From Octopus sinensis (lineage: Eukaryota), in assembly GCF_006345805.1 (NCBI RefSeq), contig NW_021832533.1, positions 124,001 through 188,000 on the forward strand: a DNA stretch of 64,000 nt, written 5' to 3'. The notes under the pieces are model-generated. The model did not search any database and was not told the DNA's origin. It saw nothing but the letters and a program-made list of their open reading frames with translations. Each line of letters opens with the position of its first letter. Within the stretch, counting starts at the first letter, position 1. Shown here in pieces: positions 12,281 to 25,330 of this stretch. Position numbers and translations under genes: made by a program.

Positions 12281-13155
12281 CGAGCCTAGGGTGTTACCGA
12301 GCCTAGGTCGTTACACTTATGGACTTAGAAAAAAATTCAAAAAAATATTTGAATTCAATTTCAAAATCGACTTTGTCAAAATAAATATTATAAAATGACA
12401 AATACTTAAAAATGGAATTAAGTGCCAATATTTTCGATGATAAAATTTAAAATTAATGCCAACTAGACTGTGCTTTAAAAACGATTTCCTAACTAAAAAT
12501 AATATTTTAATTTATGAATTGCTATTTAGTTATTTACTTTGTGAAAAAGGAAAAAAAATAAATAAAAGAAATCTTAGTTCAAGGTTAATGTAACAGGCTG
12601 TCAATAGATATCGCATGGCCCATCAGTCCAGACAATAATAACAGATACACTTAATGATTTAGCTTTGAAAATATAAACAGTCAATATTCCCAATCGATCA
12701 ATACTGTATGGTATCACTTTCTATATCAAAAAATAACGAATAAAAAATTGTTTTAAAAAATCATTGCCTTTGTTTAGAAAAAAGCATCTCGAGAGTGCTT
12801 AATCTAGTCTTTAGAATTAATTTGTAATAAATTATTGAAATGATAAGGAATGGTTGTGGTTTTGTAATTTTAGACGCATTATATTACAGTAAAATAACAA
12901 TGCAGTGAGTGCAATTAAGACAAATTCAAAATGGTTGAAAAATATTCCCCAATTTATTGGAGTGCCCTGATTTTAACATTTGACTACTTTGGAGTGTTTT
13001 GTGCATTTGGGCAATCAAAAATATTATGTAAAACAATCCATGATTTGTTTACTGCTTAGTCAGATTGACCACAAAAGAACTTACAATCTCAAATATCATT
13101 ACGGCGTTATTAAACAGTATATAAACAAATATTCCGGCGATGCTAATCCTCCTTA

Positions 13156-16100
13156 ATGGTTGGCAGTGTAAACACTAACTTGTATAGAATACACTACTAC
13201 TCACTTTACTCACCACTTTCACTCACTCTGAAACCATACAACTATACAAGACAATAAAAGAAGAGATTCCTGTTGGCACTGTCGTATACAACTTCTGCCA
13301 AGACACTGGTGTGCAATGTGGAGAATACACAGATATTAAGTATTCAAATGTGTATTTCTCGGCTAATATATTTGGAGAAATAATGGTTAAATGAATATAA
13401 CTTAATTAAATTAGGTGGTTGACCGAATAGACTACGACGGACCTCGTTTTGGATTTAAAAATGGTGTTATATTCTTAGAAATCACACTTCTAAAAGATTA
13501 CAATTCATACACAGTCGAAATATATATAACAGTAAGAATTGGTGAACTATAGTGACAGGTCTTGGACATAAATGACAACCCCCCAATATTCCCAAGAAAT
13601 AAACAGAACATAACACTGGGAGGATTATCAACTGGGTTAATTATCCACTTCCCGAGAGCAGTGGATAAAGACTCGGGGGTGAATGCACAGACATGGTATG
13701 AAGTGGTGGGGGATAGTCAGTTCTCCCTCACAAATAAAAAATCATCCCCCACTCTTGTATGCCACTCCTCCCTCACTCCCCTCTCCCCCATTAACCTGCG
13801 AGTCATTGCCTTTGACCAACTCGACATACACTACTGGTCATTCATGGACATTGCCATCACATTCAACTCCTCCCACAACACTCCCATTCAGTTCTACGAC
13901 GTCATCCTCAAAAAAGTCCCGGGAAACAGAAATAAAGTGCTCACAATCCAACCCACGGACGGGGAGATCGCAGAATATGGAAGACCGACGTACCCAACAC
14001 GCGTCTATGGGAAATTTTCGGTGTCATATGACGGAGAGATTACACCGGTCGGCACATATACAGTGTTGAATGATGTATTTGATGTGGATGTGAGCTATAC
14101 CAACAGCAACAGAGTGGGAGTGTATACAATCCAAGTGGAGACGATTGAAGAGAAGAAGGTCACATTGAAATGGGCGAATGCTGTGATTTTTCCTGTGTTA
14201 GATGTGAGAAAGGAGACAACTTTAATAGACCGATTGAGTGTGAGTGGGGGAGTAGATGTGGAGTGCAGTACTAATTCGGAGACTATTGTGTTGTCGAGGG
14301 TTTCAAGTAATGAGTACAATCTGATACTCCTTAATTATTCGAGTGTCCTCTCCACAATTAGTGTCAACGTAAGTTTTGTGGTGGTGGAGGACACTGATTG
14401 TACTCGAATGTGGCATCCTCACCAAAAGATATATACAATTACTGTACAGGTTGGGATATATTATTTATCATCATATATTTTTATTTGTATTCTTACTTAA
14501 ATTTATAATAGATTATGCCTAAAGATTACAACTCACCACAATTATTGAAAATATATGAGAATATGCCCATTCAAACCGATGTTTATATTGGAATTAGTGT
14601 AGATTGGAGATTGACAGACACTTCAAATTTTGGTTATCGATCATTTAATACAAGTTTAATCACTTCAAAGAGGTTATTTAACCAAGAAATCGAAAAGTCA
14701 ATTGATGTGAAGTTTTTCCTTTTGAATAATACTTATATCAATCAAACGATAGAGATTATGGACGTAAATGACAATTCTCCAGTGTTTACAAACAAGACAT
14801 GTTCCATCATTATATTGCGAAATACTTCTCCCGGACAATATTTAACAAATGTATTTGCTGAGGATGCTGACATTGGAATGAACGGAAAAATCAATTATAA
14901 AGTCATTTCGGTAACGAATATGAATAAAGACATTGGAAACTGTGATTCAAAAACAAACTACGAGAATAAATTTAAAATTGATCCGAATTCGGGACAGTTA
15001 TACGTAAATCAGATCATTGAAAATGCGGGATATCTTCTTCTTAATATACAAGCTACTGACTCGGGGTCACAAAGATTATTTGCCAATATTCGCTGTCTTG
15101 TTCACTCCGTCGATTTGACGTCTATTTTTGATTATTCATTCAACGGGGCAGTGCAGTGCAGCATCAGTGGGTGATCAGACCCCTGTGGGCAACCTGGCCT
15201 TTACGTGTTTCCATGGCAACTACATAGCAAATTTTTACTAAAAGGCCAGGCAAACGATCCGAACTAATGATTGAACTTTAAATTTTTGAGAAAATGATGT
15301 TTTATATTTGAACCATGCTTGCTTTAAAATAGTAAAATTATTTACAACATTAGCAAATTAGAATGTGAATTATTTTTATTTTTGATAATATAAATTGCAA
15401 CATTAGCAAATTATAATTTACATCAAATTTTTTGCAAAGTTTGTAACAACTTTAACTCTAACCTTACCCCAAACCCTAACGTTGGCAATTGACAACATAA
15501 ATATTCAAAATCTAACCCTAACCTTAACCCAAACCCTAACGTTGGCAAGTGACAACATAAATATTCAAAATCTAACCCTAATCTTAACCCAAACCCTAAC
15601 GTAACCCTAACTCGAAATTAAATGATGTTTATGCTGACGATTCTTCAGACATTTTTGACAAAAATTGGAAGCCTTTTTGGCCAACCGGTGTTTGCTTCGA
15701 GCATTCATATCCTCCGGGAATATCCCGATTAACGCTTCCTTAATTTGATTGTATTCGTTAATATTTCTGACATAACCCTTAAACCCAGACATCACAAAGT
15801 GTGAGTAACCACGCTGTTAAAATTAATATACTTTTGGGTAAGCCATTTTTAAAAGATAATTCAAATGTAATTTTAAATTAGAATAATTGATTAATCTACA
15901 CTCTTCCATATATAAATTGCTATATTCAATATTTAATACCTTTTCTGCGGTTTCCATAGAAACACGTAAAAGGACTGGCTACCCATAGCGACATAGTCGC
16001 CCATGTGACATATTATCGTCCTGCTTGTTGTACTTCTTACTGGTTTGGGGATTTTTGTTGGTTTTCGTTACCGCAAAAATATTCTGTCATTTATGAAGAA

Positions 16101-16164
16101 AAATGAGGAATATGCAACAAACAACGAAATCTACGAATGTCAAGATGTTTACAACAACCTTTAA
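13156..16164 (+). CDS. Single-pass cadherin-repeat protein with short cytoplasmic tail
   Basis: ATG 13156 directly followed by a 29-nt intron, then signal peptide NTLLLTLLTTFTHS. Cadherin motifs LDINDNPPIF, AVDKDSG, MDVNDNSPVF, AEDADIG, ATDSG. TM segment IIIVLLVVLLTGLGIFVGF then RYRK...YNNL-stop at 16164. Exon joining between 15170 and 15990 unresolved. Confidence 0.85.
15455..15612. repeat. 60-bp tandem repeat (~2.5 copies) with telomere-like TAACCC variants
   Basis: Unit aaccctaacgttggcaa(t/g)tgacaacataaatattcaaaatctaaccctaa(c/t)cttaaccca repeated at 60-bp period. Confidence 0.85.
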
Positions 16165-16385
16165 TTTCATTATATTAATTATGGACCTGTATTATTTTAA
16201 TCATATTCTTTTAAAATAATTTATGTTAGTTACGTGAAAGTAGCTGAGAAAGTAGGAATCATTTGCTAATTTTCTGAAGTCTACCTATATTTGGCAATGT
16301 TACTTTTACCGGTTATATTGTTCTTTTCATGTATCTTTAAACTGGATTGATATCCACCCAAAGCGCTATTTGGGGAATCTTTCAT

Positions 16386-16389
<4 letters not shown>

Positions 16390-16416
<27 letters not shown>

Positions 16417-16575
16417 CTCCTAGATTTTTTTTTTTTAATGAAAACCAACCAATAACTACAAGTTAAGCCGACGCCGACGACGCCGACGCGATCGAGAAAG
16501 AATTAGAGCGTACTATCGCAAGGGATATCCGCTCGAAAAACCATCTCGATTCGCGGGCGTCGCCTGTGATGGCAC
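16390..16575 (-). mobile_element. 5'-truncated CRE-clade retroelement stub with poly(A) and 7-bp TSD
   Basis: Minus-strand GAITGDARESRWFFERISLAIVRSNSFSI is the CRE C-terminus. Poly-T tracts on + strand. cataaat at 16383-16389 and 16576-16582. Confidence 0.85.
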
Positions 16576-16979
16576 CATAAATAAGACTGCCATTTCTAAT
16601 TTAATTAATACTAAACTTACAATCCTTTTAAAAAAGAACTATTGCGAGGAAACTGTCAATGGACCAGTATTTTTAAATTGTTGGAAGAATTATAATGGAA
16701 ATTTATTTGTAGTAAAAGAAGATGTTTTACATTGTGATATTCAATCATTTAAACGAGAAATATGAGTGGAAACAACATACTAACATGTTTGGACATATTT
16801 TTTACAGGGCTATTCAGTTCCATAGCCCTGTCTATTTAGTTCTATACTCCGGTTTATTCAGTTTCATAAAAATCAATTTAAATCAAAAAAATAGTATTTT
16901 GAACTATTATTTATTCTATTAAGAGGAAAATTGGCTCTCTTATCCCAATCATATTAGTGTAAAAATTAACTAACATTAA

Positions 16980-17480
16980 CAGCTAATTTCAATTGAAATA
17001 ATCATAACATTGATAAATGATTGTATCTGTGTTTAGCAAGGATTCTAGGAATTCGCAGAAGATACGAATTTTTTTTGAGCCGAAATACACTTCAAAACCG
17101 AGAACTCCGTTACTCGTGATCATGGATAAAACATTGATGTTCTGTTCACAATTACATCGAGAAAATCTGACATCATTGATTTCAATCGGAAAATTGCCAC
17201 TGGACGTTGAGTGTGTCGATTGAAGCCATAGTTTGTGACAATATCCCAAATCTTTTATGGTTCCTATTCTTTGAGATTTTCAGTGGGTAGTTAAAAGTCC
17301 AAGTTACTAAATTCTTCTTCTGTCACGTGATTATCGACTAGTTTATTCATGAGGGATATTAACACTAAATTGTTTGCATGATTGTCGTTTAAATTACATT
17401 TTTACAGGAATGCCACACTTATTAAAGCAGGGGAAGATTGTGTTTTTTCCATGATTAGCATCTAAGAAAGAATTTCTGGC
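16980..17480 (-). mobile_element. IS630/Tc1-like DDE transposase remnant (related piece at ~18520-18605)
   Basis: LSMITSNGVLGFEVYFGS..IFCEFLESLL resembles the DDE_3 core; ~90 bp recurs at 18520-18605. Confidence 0.55.
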
Positions 17481-18163
17481 AAGTGGTGTCGCAAAAGAGG
17501 AACAAGGAAATATTATAATGAATAATTCGGTTAGTTAATTAATGACATTGAATATTTAAATTAAGCACAATCCCTTCCGCATAGAAGATTGCTTGATGCG
17601 GGATATCGGCAGAGGTTGCAATCTATTGTGAGTAAAATAACACACCATAGGCTTCCTCAGTTATTAGTGTTGCCTCTCGAGCTCGATTTCGATATATTTT
17701 TACACCTTTATCAGCTAAATAGATTCGTAGTTCATCTGTCATTGCCGTAATCCTTATATTTGAATATATAAGTATACATTATGGGTTGGGACCCATTTGT
17801 GAATATGCACATTTTCTGGCCGTCAATAATACTACAAAGTCAGTAAGTTAAAATACCCCATGCTGAGGGGACGACTGATTTTTGGCCTCTGGAAAATGGT
17901 ATTTGATGGCATGTAACTTTAATGTTAGAATAAGATTTGTACAGATATGATAATACGACTAGACGTGCAAAGGCCTCTACATTCACGTAACGAAGGTCAC
18001 TACAGAGCAACAGTGATCTAATGATTCAAAATATTTGAATGTACATTTGGTATAGGTCATTCAATCCATCAAATGAGTTGCTTAGTATTCTCTTTAGCGA
18101 GTCTCCATCACAAAAACTAGTGTTAATAAAATGTTAATTACAATTCCTTCAAGTTTGTTAAAT

Positions 18164-18410
18164 TCGAGAATATTTCTCCATTTGGAAATTTAACGTTGCT
18201 AGAAATTTTAGTTATTGTTTTATGTCCTGCAACATTTGCTCCATTGAATTCACAGTTTTGCAAAGCTCTGATTCAAATAAGCAATTTTTCAAAAACCGTT
18301 TTGTTAAGTCACAGTCACTTTGGACCACTAAGTCAACAAAAAGTAGGACAAGTGAAAGCATTCTAATTAAAGCTAATATTTTATTGTGAATAACTCATTG
18401 GTTAGACAAC
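18164..18410. repeat. Dispersed repeat, diverged copy at 23327-23575
   Basis: Collinear shared blocks aatatttctccatttggaaa ... aaataagcaattttt ... tattttattgtgaataactcattggttagaca. Family not identified. Confidence 0.75.
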
Positions 18411-18672
18411 AAATAAATTAAAAACTTTATTAACTAAATCCAAAATTAAAAATAATAAGAAATTAAGTAATTATTGATCCTAGTTTTTGGAAATTTTTCT
18501 CATCTTGAGGGGACTCCATCTAGGAATTTGGATAAGTTAAAAAAATTTTTTTGAGCCGGAATACACTTCAAATCCGAGAACTCCGTTACTCGTGATTATG
18601 AATAAGACGGAGTCAAAATTATTTTCCGCACTAAGTTTCTGTCTCGTTTCTTCTTTCTTACAATAAAATTCT

Positions 18673-19700
18673 TCATTCATTCAGGATACAGATGTTCAAT
18701 GTTGTAAACCTTATTGCCGAATCAGCATGATCCGGATTCTTGTTGAAAGTCTGAACAATTATAGCGGCTAATTTGTCAACATCTGTGTCAGAGACATAAC
18801 CATCTGCCCAAGTCTCTGCTTTCTTTTTCTCCATGGATTTGTAGTTGAGCAAGCACATTGCAGTCCACCTATCCAGGAAGTTTTGTCTTGCCTGAATTGC
18901 AGATGATGGGATAATGGATAACCTTAGGGGAAGAAGACACTTGAACACCGCGAACTGGATGATTCCTTCTGGCCTCCTATGTGTCGCCTCAACCCTTTTA
19001 TCACCATAGGTCACATTAATTGATGTCCCTACGAATTCACATAAATTCGGTTGCCTATGTTTCAAGCTAAGGTCTTTCTTAAAGAATACCACTCTGTCAA
19101 TCTCGACCTCACGTGACACTTTCAACGTCTTGATGTACTCATACAAGAATGCAACTGCAGCCCCTCATTCCAAGACCCAGAGTTCTCAATTTTTCTGCAA
19201 GCGAGTAAATTGGGGAACCCTCCATATATGTCGTGCTTATGCTTACACCAAGCAGGCTGTTCGCAATATCACCCCAGTCTTCCTCGTTGGGTGGGTCGTG
19301 GTACATAGTCACCCCCCTGCTGACAATCATTCCATTTTCTCTCGGTGTTCTCCTGGATGCAGCTGTGGGTATGCTGGGGGCCGGCGACGTCTGAGTAGAG
19401 ACATCGACTTTGGATGGACTTGGGGGAGACCCTTTTGTCCAGACTGATTCTATCAGTTCGGCTTTTACCCAGCGTACTGGGCTATTAGTCTGTGGGCTCT
19501 TCGCAACCCTGTAGGCTGCTGTTGCTGCTTTGGCAGACGGACATCCACCGTAGCACGCCAAGTGCCCAGTGTTCTTGCAGTTAATGCAAGTTTTTGCAGC
19601 TGGGACACTCGGTTTCGGCTTGGAACTCGGGCAGTTTTGGTGTCTGTGTTCTTTACCGCAGAGGAGACAACGAATATAAATATTTGATTGCTGTGAGAAT
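18673..19700 (-). mobile_element. Non-LTR ORF1-like zinc-knuckle fragment plus downstream unassigned ORF
   Basis: CLLCGKEHRHQNC and CINCKNTGHLACYGGCP knuckles followed by a Pro/Ser-rich linker, as in gag-like LINE ORF1. Overlapping ORF 18673-19146 has no motif I recognise. Confidence 0.6.
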
Positions 19701-19839
19701 CCAGTTGCATGGTCAAGGAAAAGAAAGAAAAAATGGTCAAGAATAATCAAAATCTCTCATCAATTAAAGCTTGCTCCAAAGTTTAAAGAGTTTTATTAAA
19801 AAAATTAATCAAAGCTTGCCGAACACAATTTTTTCAATT

Positions 19840-20070
19840 TGTCAATATGCTTCTTCCTGGCTATCGTTTACCTTCCGTCATCAAATTGTTGGTCCATTGC
19901 TCGATCGAGTGTACGACCAACTACATGAGGACTGTCGACAAAAACTTCAGGACAAAACAGTATCTATGATGCTGGATCGGTGGAGTAACATTCATAATGA
20001 ACCTGTTAGTTGTGTTTTGGTTGTAACATCGGATGGAGAAAGCTATCTAATTGACACTGTGGATACTTAG
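19840..20070 (+). mobile_element. hAT-type transposase remnant (DUF659-like)
   Basis: GPLLDRVY...VSMMLDRWSNIHNEPV resembles the first catalytic-Asp region. Confidence 0.6.
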
Positions 20071-20199
20071 GAAAAAAATGCAAAATGATTCTATAAAGAT
20101 TAGTCATGCTGTAGAAATTTGAAAGGAACTTGAACAGGATTAAATGGACTATGAATGTACAGCTATCTTGGAAAAAGCGAAAACTCAGCTGATCAAGCA

Positions 20200-20420
20200 T
20201 TAATATTTTTCCACCTACTTGCGAATATAATAGACCCAGCATGTTGTGGGAAATCTCTTTTAACTGTAGAGATTGACCCCGCTTTAAACTTTTGAGTGCC
20301 TTCACAACTTGTTCCGCGGAAACTAGTAGTTGTGGAAATGCAATCGAATCAATAGCAGGTGGTGTGCCAAAGTCAACGAAGATAAAACAGGATTAACCTC
20401 TATCGAACGAATGCCTTTCG
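20200..20420 (-). mobile_element. CRE-like fragment from the start of RT
   Basis: FPQLLVSAEQVVKALKSLKRG resembles the CRE pre-RT segment (compare AVSCAVKSFSPSS at ~52250). Confidence 0.45.
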
Positions 20421-21154
20421 CGTGGAGCAGAAGTGGAGGAATTGAGATACTAAAGTGGAAATTAATTATTATTTAATTAAAAATATAATTTTATGACTAA
20501 GAATGTTCTTGTCACACGGTATTTATGGACTGGATTTTTATGCCTATCTAAAAGAAAAATTAAATCCTCTTAAATTCCAAGAGTAGGAAAAAGAATTTTT
20601 TAATCTCCTGGGTTTCTCTTTATAAGAATAACACCTTTCATTCAGTCGTGATGAATGCTTAAATATATTTTGTCCACATATCTCTTTGATGGCTGACAAA
20701 ATAAAAATAACATTTTTTAATATACAAAATTAAATTAATTGTCACCGTCCAACTAAGGTTATTTCTCTAAGTATAAAAATAAATATTTTTCCACTTTTTA
20801 ATTTTTTAAATAAGTAGTTTCACAAAAATGAAAATGTTTATTGGCGGATAGCTCGAGAATTATCCCTGAGAGTTGGTTGGCAGTGCAAAAAACAAAGAAA
20901 TATTAGAATGAATAATTAATCACATTAATGTCAATAAAGTCATATTAAAAGAATTCTGAATAGCTGTCCATTTCAGGATTAAGATACCAATGGAGATTAC
21001 AATCGGGAAGGTCTTTTTACAGAGGGTCAAATCTTAGTGCTCGACATGTATCTTTCTCAAATTATGTATTTATCATTGTGACTCGCGCATCTAACACTAA
21101 TAGAGCTAAAAAGTTGAACAAAGAAAAATCCGAACAAATAATCAGGTTAGTAAA

Positions 21155-23326
21155 TTTTTTTTTTTTTTTTTTTTTTTTAATGTTTTTATTTTCTTTTTAA
21201 TACAGTCAAATTAATTAATAGAGAATTAATGTCGTGAACTTGAGGGTTAGTCCGACGACGAAGCACTGCGGATAGAGAGGCAGTTCCCGCGAAGAATTGC
21301 AACCGAGATGCGCTGGAAAAGCCAGCTCGTCTCCCTCCGGTCATTTGTATTCTGTGAGATTCTTCCTCCCACAACCCGTAACAGATTTTCTACCTTCTTT
21401 CCAACCACACCGGAGGTCTCAAAGGCTAGGGGGACAAACTCAACGACGTTCGGAAGCACAGCGTACTTCGTCAACTTCCTTTCTTCTGCCAGCGCACATG
21501 CGTAGCCTGGTGTACTGGCTGTTCCTGTGAGCACAGTATCTGAAAAGGAGTCGACGCAAGTTACATCCCAAACAAGAGACCTTCCTCCTCTAAAGGGGAA
21601 TATAGTCATTCCGTCAGGACGCTTTCCGTCACTGCGGCAGAGCCCAATAGGTTCAAGGGTCGATGGGAATCCCGCAGAATCCAAAGCCCTTTTCACCACT
21701 TCATTGAGGAGGACGTGGCGGGGAAATCGGCCAGCACTCCTCCTACAGGACAATGCGTGTAAACCGTTCGAAGGAATCAAAAAACCACAGCGACAACGGT
21801 GAGGTTGGCAGATTTCAAGTCCAAGTCGAAGACACACTCCGATACGTATAGTTTCGTCTTCCATAAGCAGACCATTGGACGCCAACGGAAGTGCGTTTAG
21901 CCAGTCTCCTGAGTGAGGCTGACAGACACAGTTCAAAGAAGCCAGTTCCAACTGGTCGACTCGCGTGCGAAGACTCTCCAACAGGTGTGTGCACCAGATG
22001 ACATCCCAACTCTTCTGTATTGAAGGAATCTCCGGAAGGCCAAGTCCGAGCGATCTCCAGGCGAGAACAGCAACAGGGTATTCCGTAAGCTCATCAAGTT
22101 CGAGTGAGTTGATAAGAACAGAGCGAACGAAATTGCCGGAAGCAGACATCGACGAGAGATAACAAGGCAAAGCAAGATCTGCACAAGAACGAACCCCAAG
22201 GCCACCAAAGCGGAGTGGAAGTGCGGCACGTGTACGTCCCACGTCAGTGAACAAAGTGTTCAGTAGTAACTGTAATGATGATGTAACCGCGTCATCCAAA
22301 TCCAAAAGTTCTTGACGTGAGCGAAAACAAGGAGACGTTCGGAGCAAAAAGGTTAAACGGGGGATAAAAAGAAAGTTTTTCAGCAAAAACAGCCCCAGAT
22401 GGGAGCCAAACAGTCGTAATCGGTCGCAGAGAGGAGCAATCTTATCTCGTTGTGAAACGATAGCCTTCGCAATTCCCTTATCAGAAATCGGTGAACCCAG
22501 AATCACAAGATCCGCGAGAGCGGTTATACGAAGGCCGTCAATTTTCTCCGAAAGGGCCATAAAAACCTCACTCTGTTGGGTTAGCGGCTCCGTAAGTCCG
22601 ATTAGTTCACATTTTGCACCATTTAGAGAAAGGCCAATCTTCAAAAATTCAGATATTATCTTCGAGGCGTCGTCCATAATGACTTCTAAAGGCCCACCAA
22701 GAGTGACGTCATCCAAATACCAAAAATTGATAGGCGAAGAAATGCCACGTGCAACGTGATCAACACAGACAGCGAATAGTAGAGGACCGAGGGGGTCGCC
22801 CTGTTGGATTCCACACTCAGAGTTGATAACTTTTCCGGAAAAAAGTAAGCTGCTCGGCAAGGAATAGGCCAAGGATACAATTGGGAGAAGATCAGGGCAA
22901 CGTTCACCAACAGCCTCAAGCATGTGGTCTCTTCTGACACTATTAAAAGCATTCTTGACATCGAGCTTAAGCAAGAAGGGTACATTCTTCGGTTTCGAAA
23001 TAGTCACCTGGCGAGAGGCGTGAGCTAGTGCTTCACAGGCCCCTTTAACACCAACGCCGAACTGGAATGGCAAGAATTCCCGACACAATTGCGGAATAAC
23101 ACGACGTGACATTATTTTGGCAGCAAGGCGTCTGAAGACATTACCAACTGCAATTGGCCGTAAACCGCCATCACTCTTACGGAGAGCTGTTAGATTGGCC
23201 GAAAATAGGAGATCCCTCGCAACAGCAGGGATGGCGCCCGTGACAATTCGAGAGCAAAGCCGATTGATCGAATCCAGGAGAGCACGGCCCGAGTCGGCAG
23301 TCAAAGGAGATATAAGGTCCCTCAGT
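21155..23326 (-). mobile_element. CRE-clade non-LTR retrotransposon, 5'-truncated, RT plus RLE reading frame intact
   Basis: 685-aa ORF with GLRPIAVG, KLDVKNAFNS, GIQQGDPLGP, YLDD, CRCG..H..SC and DGKRPDG...WDVTC. Poly(A) tail at 21155-21178. No TSD found. Confidence 0.93.
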
Positions 23327-23773
23327 TCGAAAATATTTCTCCATTTGGAAAATTAACGCCATTTAGAATTGTAAGTTGTTTTGTATGTTCCGCAACGTGT
23401 TCTGTTTTGAATTGACAGTTTTGTAATTCAGTTCTTTTAAAATAAGCAATTTTTTCAAAAACCGTTCTGCTAGGTTACAGTCGTTTTGGATCACAGAGCG
23501 AACAAAAAATAGAACAAGTGGAATCATTCTAATTAAAGGTCATATTTTATTGTGAATAACTCATTGGTTAGACATTTAATTGATATATTTTTTTTAACTG
23601 TTTTTGTTAATATATATTACTTTACACATATATTCCGAGGCGTAATGACAACAAAAAATATTTTTATTCGGATTGTATAAATATTTTACCTCTGTAGCAT
23701 TTCGAGTAATGACTGGATACTTCCATAAAATCCGTAAATAATGGGGGTTGGTTGACGTGGTGTTCGTGAACTA

Positions 23774-25330
23774 ATGAAAATTTGTATCATTTGCAACACT
23801 TCGAACAGTCGTAAACGTTGGATCTATTGCGCAACTTGTTCGAATCCATCTCACATGTCCTGTGCCAAAATGACCAAGAAAGCAATGTCCGCTATTTCCA
23901 TTTGGAATTGTTCTTCATGCCTGGGCACAGTTCGAACATCTCTAGCCACCCGTATGAAAAAAAACATTCGCTCCTTTATGGCTCGGGAATACTTCCCAGA
24001 CTCGCCCCACTCCAATCATCAAAGTTGCACAAACAGTCTTAATGTCACAAACATGAAAGTCCAGAAGCCCAACAACTCCGTTTACGCTAAATGATCCATT
24101 CTAAACTTAGCGAGGGCGGAGTTCTGGCAGCCCTCAGAGTTATTTCGTCTGACAATGGACCACTCAACCCGTCTCGGTCAGTTTTTAAGGCTTTACTCGA
24201 AAAACATCCACCGTCTCCTGTGGACCGTCACATTCTCTTTTCGGCCAATCTCACCGCTTTTGGCAAAAAATGTAAAGGGAGCCATCCAATTGCGGTCGGC
24301 TTTGTCTTTTGTTTGCTTGCAGCCAAGATTGCATGCAAGTAAATTATCCCCACCATCGCCGCAAAGCTCAGTCCAGTCCAACTCGGGTCGGCGTGCCTGG
24401 AGGGTGTGAATCTGCTGTTCATGCTATCCGCAAGTTCTCAGAAGCGTGCAGGAAATCACAATGTCCAAACATTTTGATCAAGCTTGACATCAGAAATGCA
24501 TTCAACAGTATTTGACGGGACCGAGTTTTGGAGGCCTGCTCTGAGTATTGTCTTTCTGGGCCAACTTTCCAATCATACGGCCAACCATCCTCCCTTATCT
24601 TTGATTCCGACACTATCCCGTCTGCTCAGGGAATTCAACAGGGAGACATTCTGGGGCTACTCCTTTTTTGTCTTGGAATCTCCGAGGTGACCAAGCTTCT
24701 ATCTTCACCATTAAACCTCTGGTATCTCGACGACGCCACTCTCGGTGGCCCTCTGAATATCGTCCTGCAGGACATAATTAAAATTATTCCGGCTCTGGAG
24801 AAAGTCGGCCTCAGTTTAAATTTCTCCAAATGTGAAATTTCCAACTTCGGGTGCTTGCAATCTATTTTCCAAGACGCTGTTTCCTCTTTCTGTGATCTTA
24901 TTCCGGAAGTTCAATCTACTCTCATTGACGAACTTTCTATCCTCGGCACCCTGGTAGCTGGCAATTCTATTGATGTGGTCCTACGCAAAAAAAGAATTCT
25001 TTCTCGAGGCAGTTTTCAATCGTATCAGACAGTTGGACTCACACAGCATTATTCCTCCTACGAAATTGCTTCTCAATCCAAAAGCTTTCCTATTTGCTAT
25101 CATACGGACAACGTTCCCTGCTTTTCTCTCGAGCCACACACATGTCATGGAAATTCTACGCTCTTTTTCTGAATTTTCCTTGGACACAAATGTAGCTCAT
25201 TTCAGCGAAGTCTGGAGGGAACAATGTCTTGACTTTCCAGAAAATCAAATGTCTCAACGAGCCTGGGATCGAATTAGATGCAAGTAAACTTTCAATCTGC
25301 TGCTCGAGTCGTCCAACCAGCACAAAGTCA
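23774..25330 (+). mobile_element. Degenerate CRE-clade element with N-terminal PHD finger
   Basis: C4-H-C3 finger (CIIC..CATC..H..C..CSSC), then KLSEGGV..ALLEKHP, KLDIRNAFNS, GIQQGD, YLDD spread over frameshifted ORFs. Confidence 0.85.

Noticed and set aside
21297-23362. Plus-strand ORFs over the CRE element, and similar antisense ORFs over the TIR, MEX3 and Helitron genes
   Set aside because: Shadow ORFs on the antisense strand of GC-richer coding sequence.
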